This document shows positions 52,245-62,818 of a DNA stretch of 64,000 nt, piece by piece. The stretch spans positions 96,904,079 through 96,968,078 of the forward strand of contig NC_057718.1 of NCBI RefSeq assembly GCF_004010195.1. Direction: 5' to 3'. The notes under the pieces were generated by a model, which saw only the letters and a program-made list of their open reading frames with translations, was not told the origin of the DNA and ran no database searches. The stretch is from Chiloscyllium plagiosum (Eukaryota). Each line of letters begins with the position of its first letter. Positions within the stretch are counted from its first letter, which is position 1. The position numbers were made by a program, and so were the translations under genes.

Positions 52245-52433
52245 AATGCAGATGCCAGAATTTTGAAACAAAAGCAGAAAGTGCTGGTGAAACTCAGCAG
52301 GTCTGTGGAGAGAGAGAGACAGAGTTAATGTTTTGAAACCAGCCTGAATCCCCTTCTGATGAAGAGGCCGATTGGATTGAAAACGTTAACTCATTTCTGT
52401 CTCCGCTAAGTTTCTCCAGCAATTTCTCTTTTT
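52245..52433. mobile_element. Family C fold-back mini-element (old)
   Basis: GAGTTAATGTTTTG ... CTGATGAAGAGG...GAAAACGTTAACTC inverted pair. Confidence 0.65.
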
Positions 52434-53349
52434 AGCTCATATTTTGCACATTTCTATCCGCATTACATTTTGTCTACCTTTGTCAGTCCACCCACATATT
52501 TTATTTGCCTGTATTTCTAAACTGCCATCTTCAATTCCTCTGCTTCTCTATTTGCAAATTTGACCCATTCACATTGAGCTCATTAATGTAAGTTTCAGTG
52601 TATATTTGAATCAGCATACAGTAGCTGCCAACACTGGCCCATGGGACGTCCCACGCTCTACCGCCCCCAGATATCTGATTTGTTTCTCTCTAAACAGCCG
52701 ATCCTCTTAGCCAGTTTATTTAGCCATGCCTGTGTTTTGCCACGAATCCCCACAGACTTGAGTCTAGTTGGGGTGATCTCTTGTGCTGATATTTTTCAGG
52801 TGCACTGGTGAGGTTAAAATCAGCAGCTTTGTAAAGCATAACATAATTGACTCAGGTTTGTCTACTCCTCAAGCAATTTAATGAAATTGTTCTGGGGGTG
52901 TAAAACCAGGTTCATTCCTGTTAACTAGATAGTTACACAGGTAATCCTCAAATTCACTTCTGGCAATCAACTATGTTACACAGCATTGTTCTGAGAGATG
53001 ATGTAATAGAGATTCACAAGATGGGAGGAGAGAGAGAGAGGAAGGCTATCTCCTCCAGTGAGTGTGTCAAGAACTAAAGGTTGCGGAGTTAAAGTCAGTG
53101 GGAAAACATCTGGAGGCAAAAATAAGGACATTTCTCACTGAAAACCTTGTCAGGATGCAGAATGGCTGGCCTGAAAAGGTGTTGGACGTTGGCTCGATCA
53201 TTAATTTTGTAAGGAGATTGGTCAGGTTTTTGAGGATGAGGCACTTACAGGGTTACAGACAAAAATAACACAGGAACGACGCCTAAGGTCTTTCAAAGGA
53301 TCAGCATGGGCATAATGGACCAAGTGAATTTATTTTGTGTTGTAAGTTG

Positions 53350-53913
53350 GGACATTATGTTAAGGTTGTAGAGGATGTTAGTGAGGCCTCTTCTGGAGTA
53401 TTGTGTCCAGTTCTGGTCGGCCAGTTGTAGGAAGGATATCTATTAAACTTGACAGGATTCAGAAAAGATTTACCCCGATGTTGCCAGGAATGGAAGGTTT
53501 GAGTTATAAAGACAGGCTGGGACTTCTTTCACTGGAGTGTAGGAGGTTGAGGGGTGTCCTTATAGATGTTTATAAAATCATGAGGAGTATAGATAAAGGT
53601 GACTAGCAGGTATCTTTCCCCTCCAGTAGGGTATTGCAAGACATATTTTTAATGTGAGAGGAGAAAGATTTAAAAAAGACAGGAGGGACGAAGTTTTTAC
53701 ACGAGTGATTTGTGTGTGGAATGAACTTTGAGAGGAAGGTGGTGGATGTGGGTACAGTTACAATGTTTAAAAGACATTAGGATAAGTACATGAATAGGAA
53801 AGGCATTTGGAGGGATATGGGCCAGGAGCAGGCAGTTGGGACGAGGTAAGTTTGGGATGATTTTTCGGCATAGACTGGTTGGACTGAAGGGTCGGGTCAC
53901 AGACTGTGATTCT
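53350..53913 (+). mobile_element. CR1 3' fragment
   Basis: RPLLEYCVQFWS...IQKRFTPMLPGMEGLSY. Confidence 0.85.
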
Positions 53914-54439
53914 CTGGCTTTATAAATACATTCAAAGGTGAGGTAGATTTTTAATCAGGAAGGGAGTCAAAAGTTACGGAGTAAAGGCGGGGTGGGGGTG
54001 GTGGTGGTGGAAGAAACATTATTTAATTGTAGCAGACAGTCAGCCGAAGGGCATCATTTCATTGAGCCATGAGGTTCTGCCACTCTACAGCATGCTAACC
54101 AACTTGACAGGACAACTGCATCAGTCCTGATGGAGGGTCACTAGACATTAACTCTGATTTATCTTCGCAGATGCTGCCAGGCCCCCTGAGCTTTTCCAGT
54201 AATTTCTGTTCCTGTTTCTGATTCCCAGCACCCACCGTTCTTTCGTTTTTTGATTAGGAAAACTACCCAACTGAGCTAACACCCAGAGCTGTGCAGCATG
54301 GAATACAGTCACAAAAGTAGCCATTCCAGAAGCAAAATGACCACCTCATTGTTTCATGTTGCTTGTGGTCTACATGGTAAGAAAGGGAGGCCAATGTCAA
54401 CTCTCACAAACATTTAGCTTGATGTTAGATCATCAGAGT

Positions 54440-54880
54440 CAAAAAGCCATAGAGACGTACAGCATGGAATAAGACCCTTTGTTCCAGCTCATCCCTGCTG
54501 ACCAGATATCCTAAATTAATCAAGTCCCATTTGCCAGCATTCAGCCCATATCCCTGTAAACCCTGCCTATTCATATATCCATCCAGATGCCTTTTAAATG
54601 TTGTAATTGTACCAGCCTCCACCACTTCCTCTGGCAGCTCAGTCCATACACACAACAACCTCCGTGTGAAAAAGCTGCCCCCTTTTAGGTCACTTTTACA
54701 TCTTTCCCCCCCTCACCTTGAGAGAAATTGGCTATTTGCCCTATCCATGCCCCTCAAGATTTTATAAATCTCTTGTGATATGGTCACCCCTCAACCTCTG
54801 ACGCTCCAGGGAAAACAGCCCCAGCCTATTCAGCCTATCCCTGTAGCTCAAACCTCCCTCAACCCTGGGCAACCCCCTTG
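54440..54880 (-). mobile_element. CR1 3' fragment
   Basis: ELPEEVVEAGTITTFKRHLDGYMNR. Confidence 0.85.
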
Positions 54881-55542
54881 AAGACCCATGGTGTGTCTTA
54901 TGAATAGATGATGGATACAAGTATGGAAAGGGGATGTGCTACTATAAAATCCCCACAAGTTAAGGATGTTTTGCTGTTGAGTAGGAATGTGCTGAGCTCT
55001 AATACTATTGGTCGTGACAATGACTGTTAGCTAGGAGTCGCTGTACACTCAATACATGTGTGCACAGTGTTTGTGAGAGAGAGAGAGAGAGAGCTGTGCT
55101 GGACGCAGAGACAGTCAAGTCACTGGCTTTTCCTTAAAAAATATAATGTTAAGTGTCTAGTGCCTGTAACGTCTCAGGGGTCTTGCTGCAGCTTTCAACA
55201 CTGATCCTCCCCTCAGTGACTGGCTTCTGCTCCCAAGACCATTGAGGCAACGTGAGAGAACTGAGTCAGTTGGCTATCTCAGTGTAGCACTGGGGCTGTT
55301 TTTATTTTGATGTCTTGTCAACTGATTGAGTGGTAGTGGTCCTGGGGAGGGGGTTTGTGTGTGGTGCTGTTGCAGGATGGGGTCAAAGGAAGAACATTAA
55401 AGAAAAGGGAACTGCCAGCTGGACTAACGTTATTTCCCCCCCCACACACACTGTGTGTATGGGGATGTTTAATTTGATCAGTTTATAATCACCCCCTCCC
55501 CTCCTCCACCACCTGGACTTGGAGAAGTTTAAATGTATCTCA

Positions 55543-55641
55543 ATGGCTGGGGCTCAGGCTGGTGTACACGCCCTTCAGCTCAAACCTGTCAGCGTACCCG
55601 AGAACTTAAAGAAGGGAAGCAAATTTATGAAATGGGATGAT
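55543..55641 (+). CDS. plcb1: Phospholipase C beta 1, first coding exon (start of PH domain)
   Basis: [33 protein letters not shown], 99 nt, followed by donor GTAAGT. Closely matches the vertebrate PLCB1 N-terminus as I recall it ([18 protein letters not shown]...KWDD). Absent from the ORF track because it is short. Confidence 0.93.
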
Positions 55642-56284
55642 GTAAGTATTGAGCCTGGAATATAGCAGCTGCTTAATATTTCCTGTAACCAAACCTGTGT
55701 TTTATTTGTAGCTGACCAAACCTGTGTTTTATTTGTAGCTGACTGCTTCCCTCATTTACTTTCATTCCTCCTCTCGTCCAAATATTTGCAGAGTATTTCC
55801 CCCTTTATCTGTTTGTTTATCCCTGTTTTCTCTCTCTCTCTCTCTCTCTGTGCGTGTTTGTAAGTAGCAGGTTTGGCTGCTGTTGCCCTGAAGCCTCCCC
55901 TGCAAGGGAGTGCGACTCTCCCCGCAATCTCTCACCGGCCACAGGGAGCTGGGAGAGACGGGTTTAAAAATAGCCCGGTGCTGGTTCTGTCTCTGTCTCT
56001 GTCTGTGTCTCAGCCCATGCCTTGCCCCAGCACCAGCCGCGGTTGTGGGTACACTGGCCTCGACCCTTCCTCACTGTGCGCTCCCCGCACTCTCTGCCTC
56101 TCCGCGCCTTACGGAGCTATTCCTCTCCGGGTTATCGCTTCGCCTCGACGCAACTCGTGTCTTTTCTTTTATTTCTACAGACGTGCGCGTGTCCAACATT
56201 TAGGAAGCTTTGTTTCCTGCCCATTTTCAGTCTGGAGATCAGATCCAGGCTGGCAGCATATCATCAGCTGTTTGTATCTCAACG

Positions 56285-57230
56285 TGTGTGTGTTTTGGTC
56301 TATGTATATTTGTGTGTGTTATGATCTGTGCATCTGTGTGTGTTATGATCTGTGTATATGTGTGTGTTATGATCTGTGTGTTATGATCTGTGTATATGTG
56401 TGTTATGAACTGTGTATATGTGTGTGTTTGTGATCTGTGTGTGTGTGATCTGTGTTTGTGTGTCATGATCTGTATACACGTGTGTGTGGTCTGTGTGTAC
56501 TGTATGATCTGTGTGTGTTTGTGTGGGTGTGCGCACTATGGTCTGTGTGTATTTGTGTGGGTGTGCGCACTATGGTTTGTGTGTATTTGTGTGGGTGTGC
56601 GCGCTATGGTCTGTGTATATTTGTGTGGGTATGAATGCTATGGTCTGTGTATATTTGTGTGTATGTATATATGTGTGTATGATGATCTGTGTATGTGTGT
56701 GTGCACTATGATCTGTGTATATTTATGTAGGTGTGTGTGCTATGATCTGTGTATATCTATGTAGGTGTGCGTATGTGAGTGTGTGCTCTATAATCTGTGT
56801 ATATTTACATGTGGGTGCTGTGATCTGTGTCTATTTGTGTGTGTGCACTATGGTCTGTGTATATTTGTAAGTGTGCGCTACAATCTGTGTATATTTGTGT
56901 GGGTGTGAATGCTGTGATCTGTGTATATTTGTGTGTGTATGTGCTATGATCTGTGTATATGTGTGTGCGCACTATGATCTGTGTATGTTTGTCTGGGTGT
57001 GTGTGCTATGGTCTGTGTATGTTTGTGTGTGTATGTGTGTGGGTGCACACTTTGGTCTGTGGATATTGGAGAGTGTGGGTGCTTTGGTCTGCGCATATTT
57101 GAGCAAGTCTGTATCTTTCGTCTGTATATATTGAGCATGTGTGTGCTTGTGCCATTGGTCTGTGCGTATTTGAGCAAGTCTGTATCTTTGGTCTGAATAT
57201 ATTTGAGCGTGTGTGTGTGCATGTGTCCTT
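56285..57230 (+). repeat. Degenerate TG-rich minisatellite in plcb1 intron 1
   Basis: Recurrent 20-32 bp unit similar to TATGATCTGTGTATATTTGTGTGGGTGTGCGC. Confidence 0.9.
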
Positions 57231-58044
57231 GGTCTGTACCTCAGGTTAGCATTAATTTGTGACTGTTCATGTCCTTTGATCTGTGTGTTGTACTGTATTA
57301 ATGGGACAACTGGCAGATATGGACTGCACCAATTCAGCTCTGTGCTGACCCTAAGGTGCAAACCCTGGCTCTGTACAGCTCCCTCAGTGCCTGTAAGATC
57401 AGCCAGTGTGATGTATTGCTTTTAATTGGAGTGATGCAAATCAGTGGCGTGTTTGCGGTTCTGAAATCTGATGTGTAACAATGCATTCACAATCGCATTA
57501 ACAGCCGCGCATATTATTGTTTTATAATGAAAAACAAGAAACGCATAACTGACAGCGGGTGGGTTGTTGAGGCTGGGGGAAAGTTTTAAGAACAAAACGA
57601 TTTAAAAAAAAAAATTGAAGTGGGTGCTAGTGAAGCAGCCACAGCGTCATTAAAAGGACCATCAGTATAAAGTATTCTTTTCCATTTTATAGGGTCAATG
57701 GTTACTTGGTGTCTCTCTTTCCAGCATCTTGAGCTGCATCTTTAGAGCATTCATGGTGACCAGAGTAGCTGCAGTGATAAAACCCATCAACAGGTTGAGG
57801 GAGCAATATGTTCCTGCTAAGCTTAAGACCACAGCAGGCATGCATGTAAAAATTCTTATAATGTTAACTTTCCCCTCTAAAATAAACTTGAAGATAATAA
57901 TCAATAAACGTTACTTATTGAAAATGGGCTGCAGTTAACTCTTGCTATTTACCAAAATGATATCAAAGACTTCAGAACCACTGCTGACAAAGTTAACTGT
58001 GTTCCGAAAACTTGAAGAAGGCTGAGACATTAACTGTGTGAATA

Positions 58045-58333
58045 CTGGAGGGCATAAGTTTAAAGTGAGAGGGGGAAAGATGTAAAAGGGACTTGAGGGG
58101 CAACATTTTCACGCAGAGGGTGGTGCATGTATGGAGTGAGCTGCCAGAGGAAGTGGTGAAGGCTGGTACAATTACAGCATTGAAAAGGCTTCTGGATGGG
58201 TACATGAATAGGAAGGGTTCAGAGGGATAAAGACCAAATGTTGGCAAATGGGACTAGATTAAGTTAGGATATCTGGTCGGCATGGACGTATTGGACCGAA
58301 GGGTCTGATTCCATGCTGTACAGATGTGACTCT
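58045..58333 (+). mobile_element. CR1 3' fragment in plcb1 intron 1
   Basis: FTQRVVHVWSELPEEVV and the CR1 tail. Confidence 0.85.
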
Positions 58334-58586
58334 ACTGCTCAATGTTGTGCATGTATTAAAAAAAATAAATTGCACCATGACTTGGTTCTGATTTCTGCAG
58401 TAATGTGTCTGAAAGTACTTTGACAGGAGAAATACAAGTTGAAGAAGCATTAAATATGAATAGCCATGTGACATGCCTTTCAAATTTTTCACCCAGATGC
58501 TATCGGTGTTGATCATTAACACCTTCTTTGAAGATTCAGTGGTTGCAACAAGTATCATAACTTTTGTGTCTCTCTCTTGTTGCCAG

Positions 58587-58664
58587 GATTCCACGACTGT
58601 AACTCCTGTTACTTTGAAAGTGGACCCACAGGGATTATTCCTTTACTGGGCAGATCAAAATAAG
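58587..58664 (+). CDS. plcb1: Phospholipase C beta 1, second coding exon
   Basis: Polypyrimidine tract plus CAG acceptor (58584-58586). DSTTVTPVTLKVDPQGLFLYWADQNK, 78 nt, phase 0/0, donor GTGAGA. DST...DPQG...DQNK fits PLCB1 better than PLCB3. Confidence 0.93.
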
Positions 58665-60836
58665 GTGAGAACATTAAACCCGTTCTATTGACAAGACCTT
58701 ACTGCAGGTAAGCAGTGGCTCATTTGCTAATGCACTTAGGGCGAGCAAATATTCAAATGATTTTCAACCACACAATCGTTATGGAATCAGATTGTAAGTC
58801 TCTTGGTCTAAAACCTGTATAAGATGCGCAAGTCTGAAAAATTAAGTCAATATTGACTATGCAAATATTCTTTGACAAGAAACAAAATACTTCCACTTTC
58901 ATTATGCTCAAAAGTAAGTTTAAAGACAGTGCTCGGGTAGTTATGCTCATTCTAGTAGGTCTATGAGACTAAAATAGAAATAGTTTAGCTCTTGAAGAAT
59001 GTGGGAGTAAAATAACATAAAAACAGAATAGGTGTTTCTGAACTGGTTAGTTGTAAACATATTCTGATTACGTTAAGTCATGTTGTGGTTGATCTGGAGA
59101 AATTGTACATTGTGTGTTTAAATCGAGGGGAGCAAAATGCTGGATTGTTGTTGATTCCTTGAGAGCAGGTTAATGTTTACCGAAAGGCAGGTTAACTGTG
59201 ATCTGGCAAAGCTGCAAGTGGCAACCTACTCTTCGTGTTCCCGTTGGGTTACTGAACGACTGCACCCCCTTCTGTTACTTCCCATCTTCAACATTCTGTG
59301 TTTATTCTCGATGATTATCCTTCAGTGTTGATTTGTGGCAGCAGCCTAAACAATCTGTATAAACCGTGACTGCAAAATAAAAATCTGGAAAATGTCGATA
59401 TGAACCACGAAGCCACAAATTCCAAGTGTAAAGCTTTAAATTAATGTGAGAGTTCTGTGAAATGCAAATGATGTTTTGCTGTTTCTATTTTTAACGTTCC
59501 CAAATTCCTGCCTTGCAGACAGTAAATTCTATCCCTCGAGAGACTCCAGCTAAGATATAGGGATATCTTTAGGGTGCAAATGAAAGTGTTCCTTTACTTT
59601 AAGAACAACAAAAAATATTGAAAACTGTTTCAGGGAGACATCTGTGACAACAGTTGGCTGACAAGGCTAGTCTCATTAAAAAAAAAAGATTGATGGATGA
59701 GCAATTGAAGTTTTTGACTAGCTTAAGGCCTTTTGCTACATGCACCCCATTAAATATATTGCTTTGAATAACTTCCACTGATCAGACAGAGAATTCTTCT
59801 TTTTAAACTCTAAAGGAAAAATAAAAATGAATGATGAATATCAGAAGCAGCAATGAATCTTGAGGCAAATGCAAAGTAATAATAATTCCTCCATCCCAAA
59901 AATTCAGAGAACGAATCTTTGAGAGATTTTGCATAAAAATGATGGGTTGCCTTTTTTCTTTTAAACATAAACTGACCCAGACTGACTCGGTGTTTTATAA
60001 GCTGCAATATTTAACTTCTAATAGGTCAGTGCCATACAACACTGCCAAAATCCTTTAACAAAAATTCTGCCTATAATCAGCATATTGCTTTACATTTGTG
60101 CCTCCGGGTGATTGAAATAACAGCTGTAGAAAGATGATGATATTTCATCTTATAACTTTGTTGCATTATTTGTTTTTTTTTTAACTTTAATTGGAGCTCT
60201 GGAAAGAGAGGGCATTCTTGTTTGAGAAGGCTGTTTAATTCCTTCAAGTTTGTGACAAAAATAAATCCCATGTAACTTGCGTTTGCAAAGATTCACATTG
60301 CATTCTGAGCACTTCCTTTCAAAGTCTATGAAGTGCTGGAAGGGATTGAAACAAAGCCTGGTGGAGCTGGTCAAACTTTCCTGTTGGCGACCTTTGCTGA
60401 TTGGTTGACGCAGATGTGTCTGGGCCTGAGCGATTTGTCATGGCCACACTTGACTTCGATTTGGGGACTGACATTGGCAGAAAAGTGAGCATATTGTTTG
60501 ACTGTGGAGTATCATTGGTTCTCGATGCTGGCTAACCTCCCTTTGTAGCCTAAATACGATTTATTTATTTCAATTTCTCATTGCGGTTGGAAGATGATTC
60601 CCCCACGGTGAGTCTCGGACCAGAGTGCATAAAGAGGTGCCAATTTAAGGCTGAGATGAAGAGGAATTTCTTCCCTCTGAGGGTTGAGAGTCTTTGGAGC
60701 TCCTTGTTACAGCAAGAGCTGTGAGGGCACCGTCCTTGTGTTATTTAAGGCTGAGATAGATTCTTGATCAGGAGGGGAATTGAGGAAAGGGCGGGAAAGT
60801 GGATGTTAGGAACATCAGCCATGATCTTATTGAATG

Positions 60837-61336
60837 NNNNNNNNNNNNNNNNNNNNNNNNNNNNNNNNNNNNNNNNNNNNNNNNNNNNNNNNNNNNNNNN
60901 NNNNNNNNNNNNNNNNNNNNNNNNNNNNNNNNNNNNNNNNNNNNNNNNNNNNNNNNNNNNNNNNNNNNNNNNNNNNNNNNNNNNNNNNNNNNNNNNNNNN
61001 NNNNNNNNNNNNNNNNNNNNNNNNNNNNNNNNNNNNNNNNNNNNNNNNNNNNNNNNNNNNNNNNNNNNNNNNNNNNNNNNNNNNNNNNNNNNNNNNNNNN
61101 NNNNNNNNNNNNNNNNNNNNNNNNNNNNNNNNNNNNNNNNNNNNNNNNNNNNNNNNNNNNNNNNNNNNNNNNNNNNNNNNNNNNNNNNNNNNNNNNNNNN
61201 NNNNNNNNNNNNNNNNNNNNNNNNNNNNNNNNNNNNNNNNNNNNNNNNNNNNNNNNNNNNNNNNNNNNNNNNNNNNNNNNNNNNNNNNNNNNNNNNNNNN
61301 NNNNNNNNNNNNNNNNNNNNNNNNNNNNNNNNNNNN
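60837..61336. other. Assembly gap (500 N)
   Basis: Run of N. Confidence 1.
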
Positions 61337-61396
61337 TTGTTAAAAGGCATGTGGTTGAAGCTTCTAATCTCACACTCATTAGGCTAGATACAAGAA

Positions 61397-61416
61397 CCAG
61401 CAACACATTTTCAGCT
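61397..61416 (+). mobile_element. 20-bp family A pLTR micro-insertion
   Basis: CCAGCAACACATTTTCAGCT (identical to 21048-21067), flanked by a perfect 13-bp repeat CTAGATACAAGAA (61384-61396 / 61417-61429). Confidence 0.8.
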
Positions 61417-62254
61417 CTAGATACAAGAATGGCAAGTTTCAAACTGGGGCAGAGCGGGAAGCGATCTTCTGTATGAACATTGCTGAGGGTGATGGGAATT
61501 ATATTGACAAATCAACCTATCAGTCAAGCTCACAATTATCATGCCTTGCTGGAATGTGAATATATTCATATGTGGGACCTGGTCTCTCGCAGTGAAAAGC
61601 AATGTGGCTGGGAATTAATCAAAAGCACTGGGGACAATAGTTTCTTGGTGTGTTTTCGAGGACAGTACCATGATTAATCAGCACTCAGTTTCTCATGCAG
61701 TGCAGATTGTTATTCCCTTTTGGAAATTTGGCATTTTTTCTGGACAGGATCAAACACTTTAAAAGCATGTCTTTCCCAATAATACTCCAATTCTATACCA
61801 CCAAGCCATTCAGATGGAGTCATGTTATCTTGGCAGAGCTGTAGCTTGGAACTGGGAGTTGGCTCGGTGAGTTAGCTAGATCCTAGTCCATAGTTGCTTC
61901 CCTCGTTTTTCTCATGGTGAGCCATTGCAGCTGTTCAGCCACCGGTGTTGCTGTAGATTTTATTTGCCTCAGATTGTGAGATCAGCCACTGGATGTTGAC
62001 TTGGTTCCAATGTTCGAACATGAGCCATTGTTCGACCCCAATCCCAACCTTGTAATCGCTGCATAATTACTGCAAGAGGAATGCAGTATTGTAATGCAGA
62101 AATCTGACAAACCTAATGTGGATAAGTACAATTGACCAGAATATGGAGAAAACTACGGCTTTGTATTCTGAAACCTGGTCTAGTGCATGTTCCATCAGGT
62201 TATTTGTGCTACCAAGGTGATCTGTCTGGGCTTCATTCCCAACAGTGACTACAC

Positions 62255-62552
62255 TTGAGCGATCACACTCCAACACCAAGGAATCACTGGCCCAGGACTG
62301 TCCCAAAGTGAAGGAGGAGCATCTGGGAAGGCATTGAACACTTTGAGACTTGCCGTCGGGAGAAAATGGAAGCCAGGTGACAACAGGGAAAGGAGCACAC
62401 TGCCACATCAACGCCCCACCCACCCATTCCCGTGACCACCTTTTGCCCCAAGTCGACAGAGCCTGTGGAAGCCTCTATACAGTCCTCTATGGACTTGCCC
62501 TGAGAGTGGCAGAGAGTCATCCCCATCTCTGAGGGACCGCCAATGAATGAGT
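62255..62552 (+). mobile_element. RTE-clade LINE 3' end
   Basis: ESLAQDCP.*RRSIWEGIEHFETCRREKMEAR and TFCP.DRACGS resemble the RTE ORF C-terminus; short (AATG)n tail. Confidence 0.65.
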
Positions 62553-62726
62553 GATACTCCAGGAAGCATTTCACAGGATCACAAGGTGCAGAAGGAGGCC
62601 ATTCAGCCCATTGTGCCTGCAAGGGTTCTGTTATTTAGTGCCAATCTCCTGTCTTTTTCCCGTATCCCTACACACCATTTCTATCCAAGTAACCGTCCAG
62701 TGTCCCTCTTGAATATCTGAATTGAA

Positions 62727-62818
62727 GACAAATTGCTGGAAAAGCTCAGCAGGTCTGGCAGCATCTGTGCAGAGAGATCAGAGGTAACGTTTCAGATCGA
62801 GTGACCCTTCCTCAGAAC
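62727..62818 (-). mobile_element. Family C hammerhead mini-element
   Basis: TSD CTGAATTGAA (62717-62726 / 62819-62828). Confidence 0.85.
62783..62818 (-). ncRNA. Minimal type-I hammerhead ribozyme motif (family C)
   Basis: GUU CUGAGGA A GGGUC-ACUC-GAUCU GAAA CG UU ACC; stem II has two G-U pairs from CpG-type decay. Confidence 0.7.

Noticed and set aside
55688..55741. 27-bp perfect tandem duplication in plcb1 intron 1
   Set aside because: Real but ordinary slippage duplication with no evident function.
56239..57425. Cys/Val-rich and His/Thr-rich ORFs
   Set aside because: Artefacts of the TG-rich minisatellite in plcb1 intron 1.
55543..58664. Assignment to plcb3 rather than plcb1
   Set aside because: LQLKPV, KWDD-DST and DPQG...DQNK match PLCB1; PLCB3 as I recall has LQLEPP, KWDEETS and DPNG.
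60745..61476. Long ORFs spanning X runs (also 13332-14292)
   Set aside because: They are open only because they cross N gaps.
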